DNA of 64,000 nucleotides from a virus. Lineage: Duplodnaviria > Caudoviricetes. A program made the translations under genes and the position numbers. The first letter of the stretch is position 1. Each line of letters starts with the position of its first letter. The stretch spans positions 1 to 64,000 of the IMG/VR virus record IMGVR_UViG_642791618_000001. One strand, 5' to 3'. Shown here piece after piece: positions 18,163 to 28,695 of this stretch. Under the pieces are notes generated by a model. That model was given only the letters and a program-made list of their open reading frames with translations, did not search any database and was not told the DNA's origin.

Positions 18163-19177
18163 CCCTTCGCCCCTCGAATCTCCCGAAGCTCGCCATCTGC
18201 GCGTGTTTTGAGCCGAATCCGGATGCGGGCTCCGCAGCAGCACGCGGTACCATGCTGGATGGTGTGTTCCGGCGCCGCGTCCACGGCGACAAGTCCGACG
18301 ACACGGCCGTCGCGAAGGACGAACTCGACGCGGTGGATTGGGCGATCAACCAGATCGCCGCGATTGCCGGCACGACGGAAATCGTCACCGCAGAAGCCCG
18401 CTGCAAAATCGAGTGCCTTGGCCTCACCGGGACGGCGGATGCCTGGCTGCCGGAGCTGGGCATGAGCGCGGATCTCAAGACCGGTCAGCTCCGAAACTAC
18501 CGGGAGCAGATGGCCGCCTACGCACTTGGTTTCATGGAAGCAACCTTTTGCAGCGAATGGACGGCGCATTTGCTGTTCTGCGATCAGCGGCAGTTCGTCA
18601 CGTATCGTTTCAACTATGAGGAAGCGAAAGCGGTTGTGAGTGAAGTGATCGCCCAATTCCACGACCCCGCGAAACAGCCGGTGCCGTGTGACTACTGCTC
18701 GTGGTGCGCGAAAGCTGAGACGTGTCCAGCCCGGCTTGAACTTGCGGCGGCGGGGCGCTGACGCCCGCCGGGCCGGCGTTCAACTTCGAGGCCGTCCTCG
18801 CGGACGACGAGCAGCTTGGTCAATTCCTCTCCGCCTGTGCGGTGCTCGATGATTTCCGCGAACGCGCGGAGGAAATCGCGAAGAAGCGCCTCATTGGCGG
18901 CGACAAGATTCCGGGCTGGAAGCTGAGCAGCCGGAAGGCGCCGGAGTTCGTCTATCACGATGCGGTCGGACGCTACATCGACCGCTTTGGTTTCGGCGCG
19001 GTACTCGGCGCTTACGGCAATCTCAGCGGCGCGAAATTCCGCGAGCTGTGGGCCGCGAAGATGCCGGCTGACACGCCCTTTCCCGAGGAACTCATCCAAC
19101 GCGGAGCCGGCTCGGTCAGCTTGCGGCGCGTCTCCACCAAACCCACGACCACCAAACCCACACTCACTAACGCCTAA
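18159..19177 (+). CDS. PD-(D/E)XK exonuclease (DUF2800/Cas4-like), frameshift near 18750
   Basis: LRPSNL..C, GTADAW, DLKTG, QMAAYA, C.YCSWC...CP. Second half lies in the 18842-19177 frame. Confidence 0.8.
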
Positions 19178-19182
19178 ACGCC

Positions 19183-19620
19183 ATGCCTTCCTACCGCTCA
19201 TCCGAACCCACCGCCCGCCCAGATTTCGTCGAGCCGGGCGAATACACCGTCGAAGTCGTCAACGCCGAGGAAACCGTTTCCCAGAAAGGAAGCGACATGA
19301 TCGAGCTGAAGCTCCGCGTGCATCCCAGCGGCGCGACCATGTTCGACCATCTCGTGTTCATGGAGTCGGCGTTTTGGAAGATCGACTCCTTCCGCGCCGC
19401 GACCGGCGAATCGGTCACGCCGGACGAAGAAGTCGATATCCACGCCGATGACCTCATCGGTCGCACCGGCCGCGCGCGGCTCACCATCGAGGAATTCAAC
19501 GGTCGCAAGCGCAACAAGATCGCCGCCTGGCTGCCGCCGAAACCGGCAGCATCCGCGCCGGCGGCAGTCGCAGCAACTGCAGGCACCAAGCCCAAGGACG
19601 ATGACAACATCCCCTTCTAA
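19183..19620 (+). CDS. DUF669-family phage ssDNA-binding protein
   Basis: PGEY.V.V..AEET.S.KG..MIELKL; acidic SSB-like tail DDDNIPF. Confidence 0.82.
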   Translation: MPSYRSSEPTARPDFVEPGEYTVEVVNAEETVSQKGSDMIELKLRVHPSGATMFDHLVFMESAFWKIDSFRAATGESVTPDEEVDIHADDLIGRTGRARLTIEEFNGRKRNKIAAWLPPKPAASAPAAVAATAGTKPKDDDNIPF

Positions 19621-21143
19621 GGTCGCATTGCGCGGCTATCAGGTCGCGGCACACGAAGCGATCCAGCGCGGCTTCGCGGAGCATCAGCGTCAGTTGCTGG
19701 TGCTCCCGACCGGCGGCGGCAAGACCGTCGTGCTCGCACATCTTGCGGCTACGCATCAACCGCGGCGGACGCTCGTGCTCGCGCACCGCGAGGAACTCAT
19801 CACGCAGGCCGTGGACAAAATCCGCGCCGTCACCGGACTGATTCCCGAGGTTGAAATGGCCGACTTCCGCGCCAGCCTGAACGCTCCGGTCGTCGTGGCC
19901 AGTGTGCAAACGCTGGTACGCAGCTCGCGGCGCGAACGCTGGCCCCACGATCATTTCGGCCTTCTGGTCGTGGACGAAGCCCATCACTCGCTCGCGGACA
20001 GCTACCTCAACACGCTCCGCTACTTCGATGAAAACGCTTTCGTGCTCGGCGTCACCGCGACGCCTGATCGTGGCGACAAGAAGAATTTGGGTCGCTACTA
20101 CCAGAACATCCCGTACGAGGTGACACTGCTCGATCTCGTGCAGCAGAATTGGCTCTCTCCCATCCGGGTGAAGACGGTGCCGCTGGAAATCGACCTGGAC
20201 GACGTGGGCACGACCGCCGGCGACTACAACGCCCAGGATCTCGGCCATGCCATCGAGCCCTACCTGGAGCGCGTCGCCGACGTGCTCGCGGAGCACGTGC
20301 AACGGAAGATTCTCGTCTTCCTCCCGCTGATCTCGCTCAGTCGCGGCTTCGCCGAGCTCTGCCGCCAACGTGGACTGCGTGCGGAGCACGTCGATGGCAC
20401 GAGCGACGACCGGGGCGACATCCTCGCACGCTTTCGCCGCGGCGAAACGCGTGTGCTCACTAACGCCATGTTGCTCACCGAGGGCTATGACGAGCCGAGC
20501 ATTGATTGCGTTGTCTGCCTGCGGCCGACAAAAATCCGCTCGCTCTACAGCCAGATCGTCGGGCGAGGCACTCGGCTCTATCCGGGCAAGGATCACCTGC
20601 TGTTGCTCGACTTTTTGTGGATGAGCGAGGAGCACGTGCTGATGAAGCCGGCGAACCTCATCGCCGCCGACGCCGAGGAAGCAAACGCCATCACCGAGGC
20701 GCTCGGCTTTGGCGGCGATCTCGAGGAAGCGAAGGGCAAAGCCGACGCCGACCCGTGCGGCCACGCTGCGCCAGCGCCTCCGCCAGAATGCAAAGCGCAA
20801 CGCGCGGACATTCGACGCGCTGGAGTTCGCCCTGTCGCTGGGCGACGTGGACCTGGCCGACTTTGTGCCGACGATGCCCTGGCATGGCGACCCGGCCACG
20901 AGCCGACAGCGCGAGATTTTGGGCAAGTTCGGCGTTGATCCCGGCACGCTTACCTGTAAAGGCCAGGCAGCGGCGCTGCTGGACAAGCTCTTCCTCCGCC
21001 GCGACCTCGGCCTCGCCAGCGCCCGCCAGGTGCTCTGGTTGCGGAAGCTCGGCCATCCGAAACCGGAACTCGCCACCTTTGACGAAGCGAAGCAATTCCT
21101 CGATGCGAAGTGGAGCAAACCCGCCGTGCCGGCCCAGCCATGA
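19601..21143 (+). CDS. SF2 DEAD/DEAH helicase, frameshift near 20755
   Basis: LRGYQ, PTGGGKT, VVDEAHH, GVTATP, LTEGYD, QIVGRGTR. C-terminus continues in the 20709-21143 frame. Confidence 0.88.
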
Positions 21144-21343
21144 GCCGCCTACTATTCAACGAGTTGGAGGCGAGGCTGTCGCGCGTCCACACGATCCTCA
21201 CGGAGCTTCTATTGAACGAGCAGTGCCTACCCACAGATGCGTCAGACCTTGCCGATGAAGCCGAGGAACTGACGAACGAGGCAAGGGATATCCTTCATCA
21301 AGGGTATGCCTACTTCGACTCACAGCTCGGAGACCGCTTATGA
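21140..21343 (+). CDS. Small hypothetical phage protein
   Basis: ATGA overlaps at both ends. Confidence 0.6.
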   Translation: MSRLLFNELEARLSRVHTILTELLLNEQCLPTDASDLADEAEELTNEARDILHQGYAYFDSQLGDRL

Positions 21344-23371
21344 GCTTCCGATACCACTCGCGCCCGCCCCTACCGCCACGCACGCTCGATTATCTCGCGC
21401 GTGGGGCGGCCGAGGGGCAGCGCAACGCCGAGTTGTTCGACGCTGCGTGCCAGTTCCGCGATGCGGGTTTCCGCGCCGAGGAAGCCGAGCAGCAATTGCT
21501 CGCCCGCGCCACGCTCGATGGCTTGAGCGAAGCCGAAGCGCGCTCGGCGATCCGTTCCGCCTTTACCCACGGTGCCCGCGAGCCGGCGGTGGGTCATGCG
21601 GCTGAACCTGGGGCCTTGCCGCCGCCGAAACGCGTGTCCGCGGTACAGCCGCCAAAAGCGCCACTAGCGCCGGTGTCGCTGCCTTCGCCCATTGAGGGTG
21701 GATTCACCAAACTGCTCGACGCTTGCTTTGCCGCCGAGGAGTTCGTCGCCATCGCCCCGGCGCGCGAAGACGAGGCTGGAGACGTCGTGCCGACGCGCGG
21801 CGTGACGATGACACGGGAGGAATGGAAACAGCGCATCGTCGCGCGAGGCGGTATCGAGAAGTGTTTCAGTACGACGCTCGGATTGTTCGTGCGCATCAAT
21901 CCGATGGCGAAAAACGGAGCGAAGAACGAGCACGTTACGTCCTTCCGGCACGCGCTCGTCGAGTTTGACCGCGACGATGGCGGCACGCAGATCCCGAAGG
22001 AACAGCAACACGCCGCCATTCTCGCTAGCGGGCTGCCGGTCTCGGCCGTCATCGACTCCGGCAACAAGTCGCTCCACGCCTGGGTGCGCGTGGACGCGCC
22101 CGATGCGGCGGAGTACCGGCGGCGCGTGGACATCATCTGGGATTGGTTTGAAGGACGCTGCCTCGATCGCCAAAACAAGAATCCATCACGGCTGTCCCGC
22201 TGTCCCGAGGGCCGACGCACCGTGGAGGGCGAGGTCCGCATGCAGCAACTCCTCGCCCTCCATGTCGGCGCGAAATCGTGGTCCGAATGGGAAGCAGCGC
22301 ATGCGGCCGATGGTCTGCCGAAGATCATTGGCGGCGCGGAGTTCATGGCCGTGCCGAAGCCGGAACCGCCGCAACTCATTACCGGCGTGCTGCATCAGGG
22401 CAGCAAGATGATCCTCGGCGGCGCGAGCAAAAGCCGCAAATCATGGACGTTGATCGACATGATGCTCTCCGTGAGCACCGGCGTGACGTGGTGGGGTTTT
22501 GCCACGCAACGCGGGCGTGTGCTCTACATAAATTTCGAGCTGCCGGATTTCGCCTTCCAGCATCGGTTGCAAGCCATCGCCAGGCACAAAGGCATTACCG
22601 ACTTTACCGGCATCGATCTTTGGAATCTGCGCGGGTTCGCCACCGATTTCTCCGTGCTCATCCCGAAGATTCTGGCCCGGGTGAAGGATGAGCGATACGC
22701 GCTCATCGTCCTCGACCCCGTCTACAAGGGCCTCGGCAAGCGCGACGAGAACAAGGCCGGCGATATCGCATCGCTCTGCAACGAGATCGAGCAACTCGCC
22801 GTTCAATCCGGAGCGGCTGTTGTCTTCGGTGCGCACTACTCCAAGGGCAACCAGGCGGGCAAAGATGCCATCGACCGTATCGGCGGCAGCGGCGTTTTCG
22901 CGCGCGATCCCGACGTGATCCTGACTATGACGCCGCACGAGGATGACAATGCCTACGTCGTGGATCTGACGCTGCGGGCCTTGCCGCAGGTCCCATCCTT
23001 CGTTGTGCGGTGGGCTGGCTGCATCTTCCAACGTGACCAGCACGCGGACGCCACGCGGGGTGAAGACCATCGCCAAACCTGGCGGCAAAAAGAAACCCGA
23101 GCCGCAGGCCCATTACCGGCGCGGCAGCCATGCCGACCGCTATGGCGCCATGTTCGAGCAAATGCCGCCAATGGCGAACCACGCGGAGATGGAGCACAGC
23201 GATGTGCTTCACCATATCCTGCGCACCATCGAGGCCTCCGGCGAGAGCTGCACGCCGGTCAAAGCCAAGAACGTCTTCGACAGTCTGCGCCACAAGAGCT
23301 GCGGCATTATGGTCTTTGAAATGCCGTGCTGGCGGGGTCGCAAATACCGCCCGGAAGGAGGCGCGCAATGA
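21340..23371 (+). CDS. Phage primase-helicase (PriCT-like N-terminus, primase, AAA_25/RepA helicase), frameshift near 23055
   Basis: GQRNAELF, ALVEFD, IDSGNKSLHAW, NPSRLSR, GGASKSRKSW, IVLDP, HYSKG, IGGSG..ARD. Confidence 0.85.
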
Positions 23372-23588
23372 GCGCGTTTTCCGTCGTAAGTCGTTCCAGG
23401 GAGCTTTTCCCTGGCATTCCCCAGGGGAAACTTTCCCTGAGTTTCCCTTGGGGAATTCCCTATTTATTCTCTTACGAGAATAAAGCGCGAAACCGCTTCC
23501 ACGGTCTTCGCGCGCGCCATCGCGCTCACTTGGAGTTCGCGCGAGCGCAAGTGGTGTCCGCCAGATCGCCAAACGGAGTCGTCAACCC

Positions 23589-24158
23589 ATGAGCTACCAA
23601 GCCGACGACTACTCCAAAAAGCAGACGATCAAGGACGCCTCCTACGCCCGCGACTACAAGGCCTGGCTTGCCACGCTCACGCCCGAGGAACGCTGGCGTG
23701 TGGCGGAGCTGGGCCTCGACGCCCCGCTGCTGCCCAAGGACGGCGGTGGCTTCCTCGACAAGGATGCTGCGGATTCGCCAATGGCCTCCGAGGCACCCGC
23801 GCCGATCCCCGAGGACGCGCCGCCGGAAGCCACTGCCGGGATTCTCGGGACCGAGGACGTCTGGGACGTTCTCCGCCGACTGGTTGGCCAGTTATTGGCC
23901 GAACGCAACGCGCGCCTCAGTCTCGAATGCCTCGCGCTGGTCAGCGGGCTTTCTTTTCTGGGCGACTCGATGACCGCAGTAGCCCGGCGCCACGGCGTCA
24001 CCCGCGCGGCGGTCTCAAAACGCTGCGTCGAACTGACCGAACATCTCAATCTCCTGCCTTCGCGCGCCATGCGCTCTTTGACAGCCCGCCGCGCCTATCG
24101 CGCGGCCCAGGTTTCCACCCGCACCCACTATGAACGATTTGGCCATCATCACTCCTAA
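23589..24158 (+). CDS. Hypothetical protein with C-terminal HTH
   Basis: SMTAVARRHGVTRAAVSKRC. Confidence 0.65.
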   Translation: MSYQADDYSKKQTIKDASYARDYKAWLATLTPEERWRVAELGLDAPLLPKDGGGFLDKDAADSPMASEAPAPIPEDAPPEATAGILGTEDVWDVLRRLVGQLLAERNARLSLECLALVSGLSFLGDSMTAVARRHGVTRAAVSKRCVELTEHLNLLPSRAMRSLTARRAYRAAQVSTRTHYERFGHHHS

Positions 24159-24795
24159 AGTCAGGATCACACCGCTGGGCCTCGATGTTCTAGAGGACCT
24201 CACGTTCGAGGAATGGAGTGAACTCGCTCCTCACCTCGGCCAGGCCGCCCGCTCCATCTCCTTCGTGATCGGCGACTGGCTGATCTATGGCGACCGCTTT
24301 GCCGTCCAGTTCCCGCTTCCCGGTTTCACCGAGAAACTGCCCCGGACGGAACCCGAGCGCTATGAGAAGGCGATGGTCAATACCACCCTGGATCGGGTCA
24401 CGCTGCGCAACTACGCTTACGTCGCCCGGAATGTTGGAAAGTCGTGCCGAAACGACTTCCTCTCGTTTGACCACCACCGCGCTCTTGCGTCGCTGGATGA
24501 GACCAGTCAGCGGCACTGGATTGCCACCGCTTTGGCCGAGATCGACGCCGGACGGCGCATGACCGTTCGCCGTTTCCGGCGCTCCATCGAGGCCGGGCGC
24601 GTCCTCGGTGTGGAGGAACTCTACACCGATACCGGCGACACGGGTCTAACCAATCACATTCCGTTCGTGAACGGTTTGGTAGGTTGGTGGGCGCGGATGC
24701 GCAAGGCCGGATGGCTCCGGACCGCGACCGCCGAAAAGCGCGCTGCACTCAAACGCGATCTTCAGCCAGTGGCCGACATCATTTCCGAACTATGA
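24130..24795 (+). CDS. Phage protein with LmbU-like N-terminal motif
   Basis: LTFEEW..L...SISFVIGDWLIYG; LSFDHHRALA. Confidence 0.55.
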   Translation: MNDLAIITPKVRITPLGLDVLEDLTFEEWSELAPHLGQAARSISFVIGDWLIYGDRFAVQFPLPGFTEKLPRTEPERYEKAMVNTTLDRVTLRNYAYVARNVGKSCRNDFLSFDHHRALASLDETSQRHWIATALAEIDAGRRMTVRRFRRSIEAGRVLGVEELYTDTGDTGLTNHIPFVNGLVGWWARMRKAGWLRTATAEKRAALKRDLQPVADIISEL

Positions 24796-25040
24796 TCACC
24801 GACATCCAAGACCTCGAACAACAGAAAGCCCTCGACCACATCCGCGAACTGATGACCGCCCACTGGCGCGAAGCGCAGGACGCACAGGACGACGACGGCA
24901 AATTCGGTATCGCCTTCAAGGCTACTTTCGACCACGGGGCATCGCCGACAAAGTTGAAGGTGACCTGCCGCATTGCCAAGACGATCAGCGACGAAATCGA
25001 GAGTGAGGTCGAAGATCCACGGCAGCCGAAGCTGTTGTGA
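24792..25040 (+). CDS. Small hypothetical phage protein
   Basis: ATGA overlap with the previous gene; 82 aa. Confidence 0.6.
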   Translation: MITDIQDLEQQKALDHIRELMTAHWREAQDAQDDDGKFGIAFKATFDHGASPTKLKVTCRIAKTISDEIESEVEDPRQPKLL

Positions 25041-25128
25041 CGAGCAAAACGGCCGTACCAAGCGTCAGCAATATGAAAAGTGCTATCCCGGACGGCTTTT
25101 GAGACAAAAGCGTTCTCCACCCCAAAGT

Positions 25129-25365
25129 ATGTCTGATTTCGATTCATCGCAGCGACCGCCACCGTCCCCGCCGATTGCCTCAGAAAAGGTCTCTATCGAG
25201 CGAAAAATCTTTTTCCTCGACCTGAAAGAGAATCAAAGAGGGCGCTTCCTCAAAATCACTGAGGATGTCGGCGGGCGGCGTGATACGATCATGCTACCAG
25301 CGGAAGCTTTTAAGGAATTCGTCGAGGCGTTGGAGCGACTGATCGATTTTGAGGCAAAGCTTTAG
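25129..25365 (+). CDS. PUR-alpha/PurA-family ssDNA/RNA-binding protein (single PUR repeat)
   Basis: SEKVSIERKIFFLDLKENQRGRFLKITE..GGRRDTIMLP. Confidence 0.8.
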   Translation: MSDFDSSQRPPPSPPIASEKVSIERKIFFLDLKENQRGRFLKITEDVGGRRDTIMLPAEAFKEFVEALERLIDFEAKL

Positions 25366-25424
25366 AAGGCGATCCGGGCGGCTCTCGAAGGTAACTGCCT
25401 TTATTTTGACAGCCGCCAGGGAGC

Positions 25425-25784
25425 GTGAAGCTCCTACGTCATCGAGACGCCATTCCGCCGTCCCGGCTCGAACGGAAGTTCTTCCTCTTCTGGCAATCGC
25501 TGGGCGGCCCCGATCTAAAACGCGAGTTCCGATTCCACCAGACGCGCAAATGGCGCGCGGATTTCGCCCACATCGAGAGCCGCACCCTCATCGAGATCGA
25601 GGGCGGCATCTACATCCAGGGCCGACATAACCGTCCGCAGGGCTTCGCTGCGGACGCCGAGAAGTATCTCGAAGCGGCCCTCGACGGCTGGTGCGTTCTT
25701 CGCCTGACCGAGCTTCAGATCACCGCTTCCACCGTTGAGCGGATCATCGCGCTCATCCAAACGGCAGGTGTAAAGTCGGTGTAA
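25425..25784 (+). CDS. Phage PD-(D/E)XK endonuclease (DUF559/Vsr-like)
   Basis: EFRFH..RKWRADFA, IEIEGG, GRH, D.EKY..A...GW.VLR. Confidence 0.82.
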   Translation: MKLLRHRDAIPPSRLERKFFLFWQSLGGPDLKREFRFHQTRKWRADFAHIESRTLIEIEGGIYIQGRHNRPQGFAADAEKYLEAALDGWCVLRLTELQITASTVERIIALIQTAGVKSV

Positions 25785-25810
25785 AGTCAGAGCCCAACTT
25801 TACACCTTTT
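25778..25810 (+). terminator. Probable intrinsic terminator closing the replication operon; left arm tandemly duplicated
   Basis: GGTGTAAAGT-9 nt-ACTTTACACC followed by TTTT. An extra GGTGTAAAGTC copy lies at 25767-25777. Confidence 0.5.
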
Positions 25811-26077
25811 GGAGGCTCGTTTTGGCCACGTTTCCGGCCAGATATATCCGGTATAAACGGCTCATCAAAAGCACTTTGTAATCGCGTTTTCAGTGCGTAG
25901 CAGGCCGATTTTGCGACGACAAAAAGTGGAAGGTTCAAAAACACTTCCTCATAGGATTTGAGTGATGGTCGCCTCACCCAAGTGCCAGAACGAACTCGGG
26001 AATAGATTTCCTCCTCACCGCAGTCGTAAACGGAAAATCGCCTCGCCGTCTGCTGAGTTTCCGCCAAAGTAGGGGAA

Positions 26078-27250
26078 ATGTCACAGGCGGATTCTATTGG
26101 AGCCTTAACACTCAACCTGCTGGGACGCAAGTTTCGGCAGGGGCGGCCACTATTTGCTCCCCCGGCTCAGTCGGTGCGCAGTTATGGGGCCGCGTACGCC
26201 GAAATCTGGTTCCCATCTGGGGGATGCCACTTCGACGCGAAGGGCGAATGCACAATGTGCAATTATGGGCGTTCGAGGAAGGTCAGCGCCGCGACGATGA
26301 TTGAGGCGGTACGGGCGGGACTCGCCAGTCTGCCAATAATCCCAAAAACTTTATGGGTGAGTGCGTTCAATGTCTTGGACGATCGCGAAGTCTCCCCGGA
26401 AGCGCGCCGCGGTATTTTTGCCGTGCTCGAAACTACGCCGGTGGAGCGTGTGTTGCTCGAGACGCATCCGTTGAGTGTAACCACAGAGAAGATCCAAGAA
26501 TTGCAGGCTTTAATTCCTGGAAAATCCCTCGGCATCGAACTTGGGATTGAAACGATGGCAGATTTCGCGCGCAAGTGGTGTATAAACAAGCAACTTACGA
26601 AACAAGAGATTCGGCACGCGATCGCGACCATCCAGGCGGCGGGCGCAATTCCCTATGTAAATCTTTTAATCGGCACGCCTTTCCTCTCGGCGGCCGAATG
26701 CCTCCGCGAGACTCGGGCTTCCATTGAGGCCCTGTTGGCGCTCGGCGTCCGCGACATCTGTCTTTTTCCCACCCATGTCAAAGAATTCACAGTCGTCGAG
26801 CAACTTGCCCGCCTCAACCTTTACCAACCACTTCCGCTGTGGGCACTGGTAGAGTTGCTCGTAAGCGTGCCTCCCGAGACCAGATGTAGTCTTTACTACG
26901 CTTGGGTGACCGATGTCGACCATCCCGGAAAGCCGGTCTCCATCCCCCCGCGCACAGGAGCCGAGGTCTACGCCGACGTCGTCTCTTTGCTTTATGCGTA
27001 CTTGGCGACGCGTGACGACGAGCAGATCGCGAGACTCGCTGCTTTACGAACGCCGTGCCGTGATGAGTTTTGCACCCGCCTCGCGCAGAAGCCCGCTTCG
27101 CCGCTGCCGCAACGCATTCTGGAAGGGGTCGAGGCACTTTGCGGAAGTGCCTTGCCTGGTCACTTCGAACGCTACAAGCAGGAAATCATTCAGGAAATTA
27201 CGAATGACTGGGAAATCGCGTGCCAAGAAACGCACCATCAACTATGTTAA
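26078..27250 (+). CDS. Radical SAM enzyme, RaSEA/TIGR01210-like (copy 1)
   Basis: CX7CX2C motif GCHFDAKGECTMCNY; IELGIET; LYQPLPLWALVELL. Confidence 0.8.
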   Translation: MSQADSIGALTLNLLGRKFRQGRPLFAPPAQSVRSYGAAYAEIWFPSGGCHFDAKGECTMCNYGRSRKVSAATMIEAVRAGLASLPIIPKTLWVSAFNVLDDREVSPEARRGIFAVLETTPVERVLLETHPLSVTTEKIQELQALIPGKSLGIELGIETMADFARKWCINKQLTKQEIRHAIATIQAAGAIPYVNLLIGTPFLSAAECLRETRASIEALLALGVRDICLFPTHVKEFTVVEQLARLNLYQPLPLWALVELLVSVPPETRCSLYYAWVTDVDHPGKPVSIPPRTGAEVYADVVSLLYAYLATRDDEQIARLAALRTPCRDEFCTRLAQKPASPLPQRILEGVEALCGSALPGHFERYKQEIIQEITNDWEIACQETHHQLC

Positions 27251-27690
27251 CAATGCGCTCAGCCGCCGAACACGAGGTTCCGACACTGCATCGGCTCGGT
27301 CTGTCGAGCTTTCAAAATCGGGATCGTTTCGATTGGGGTTGGACTGAGGAGTATTTGCAGTACCTGCTGAGCACTTCAAGCGGGTTCCTCCACGTGGCGG
27401 AGGTTGCCGGAGAACCGCAGATCGTTGGTTTGCATTGCGGTGTCTGGAACTACCCGGAATGCCGGGAGGACCAGTGCCGCTTTTATTGGCTGTACATCGA
27501 CAGCCGATTTCGCCGGCGCGGAATCGGAACACAGTTGATTCAGTATTCGCTAGCGCGCGCCGCAGAAAGAGGCAAGCGGAGCGCCATCGTGGGAATATGG
27601 GGTTCGGATGAGCCGGCGAGGCAGGTCGTTGAGCACCTCGGTTTTCAGCAAGTGGAAACGTTGAATCTGATGCGTCTCACGCTGGATTAA
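27244..27690 (+). CDS. GNAT N-acetyltransferase
   Basis: LYIDSRFRRRGIGTQL; A...Y..LGF-type end. Confidence 0.85.
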   Translation: MLTMRSAAEHEVPTLHRLGLSSFQNRDRFDWGWTEEYLQYLLSTSSGFLHVAEVAGEPQIVGLHCGVWNYPECREDQCRFYWLYIDSRFRRRGIGTQLIQYSLARAAERGKRSAIVGIWGSDEPARQVVEHLGFQQVETLNLMRLTLD

Positions 27691-27738
27691 ACGAGTTGGA
27701 GACAATAGGCTGCTTGTCTTCCACCAATCTTTTCCCAA

Positions 27739-28695
27739 GTGAGTTCTACATCCGGCCCATCCCCAATTTTGATCGCGGAAACCCCGCTGCACGCCGCGGA
27801 AAATTATCACCCGCCGGGAAACTTGTTTGTGAAGCTCGAGGGCGAGCAGCCTACGGGCAGCATCAAGCATCGTGCGGCAGTTTTCATGCTAGAAGCAACT
27901 CGCCGCGAACTGCAAGATGCCAAACTGGAGCTCATCGAGTCGACCTCTGGCAATCTCGGTGTTGCGCTCGGCTCGCTTGCACCTCATTACGGATACGAAC
28001 TTCTCTGCATTGTGGACCAGTTGATTCCGTCCTCGAAACTCGATAGGCTGCAGCGGGTCGCAAAAATTCAGAGTGTTCCGGCGACCGGTCATTCCGATGC
28101 GCGTGCCGCCCGTATTGCTTTGGCGGAGGAGCTAAGCCATCGCCCGGGCTATTTTTGGGTCAACCAGTATGCCAGCGAATCCAACCGGCGCGCGCATCTC
28201 GAATCGACCGGGCCAGAGCTCTCGCGTCAGGTCGGAGCTTCATTGAGGTGGCTCGTCTGTTCCATCGGCTCGGGCGGCACGGCCTGCGGTTTGGCCGCTT
28301 GGTTCGCTCGCCAGAATCCCGCCGTCTCCGTGGTTGCCGTGGAACCTTGGGGGTCCACCATTTTCGGAACGCACGCGGCACCTTACCTCTCCGTCGGAGC
28401 GGGCTTGCACGAACCGAGCGCCATCGTGAAGCGGTGGGGCAGTCCGCTGGCAGCTCATGCGCAGGTACCGGATTCTGCGGCCATCTCCGAGGTTAAGCGT
28501 TTCCAGGAACTCGAAGGAATCGCCCTTGGCATTACCTCCGGCGCTTGTCTAGCCATCGCCCGGCAGCTGGCCGCTTCGCACCCGGGGGACATGGTCGTCG
28601 CGCTCTCGGCCGATTACGGAACGGCTTATCGCGATATCATCGACGCCGGCCAAATCATCGACCGCTATCCCTTCCCCATAAACTCACTCAAATAG
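27739..28695 (+). CDS. PLP-dependent cysteine-synthase-family enzyme, SbnA-like
   Basis: KLEGEQPTGSIKHR (PLP Lys), IESTSGNLGVAL, WVNQY, IGSGGT. Confidence 0.85.
   Translation: MSSTSGPSPILIAETPLHAAENYHPPGNLFVKLEGEQPTGSIKHRAAVFMLEATRRELQDAKLELIESTSGNLGVALGSLAPHYGYELLCIVDQLIPSSKLDRLQRVAKIQSVPATGHSDARAARIALAEELSHRPGYFWVNQYASESNRRAHLESTGPELSRQVGASLRWLVCSIGSGGTACGLAAWFARQNPAVSVVAVEPWGSTIFGTHAAPYLSVGAGLHEPSAIVKRWGSPLAAHAQVPDSAAISEVKRFQELEGIALGITSGACLAIARQLAASHPGDMVVALSADYGTAYRDIIDAGQIIDRYPFPINSLK

Noticed and set aside
23368-23592. Small ORF between the primase and the next gene
   Set aside because: Low-complexity translation without motifs; may be non-coding (origin-like or regulatory). Not enough support for either call.
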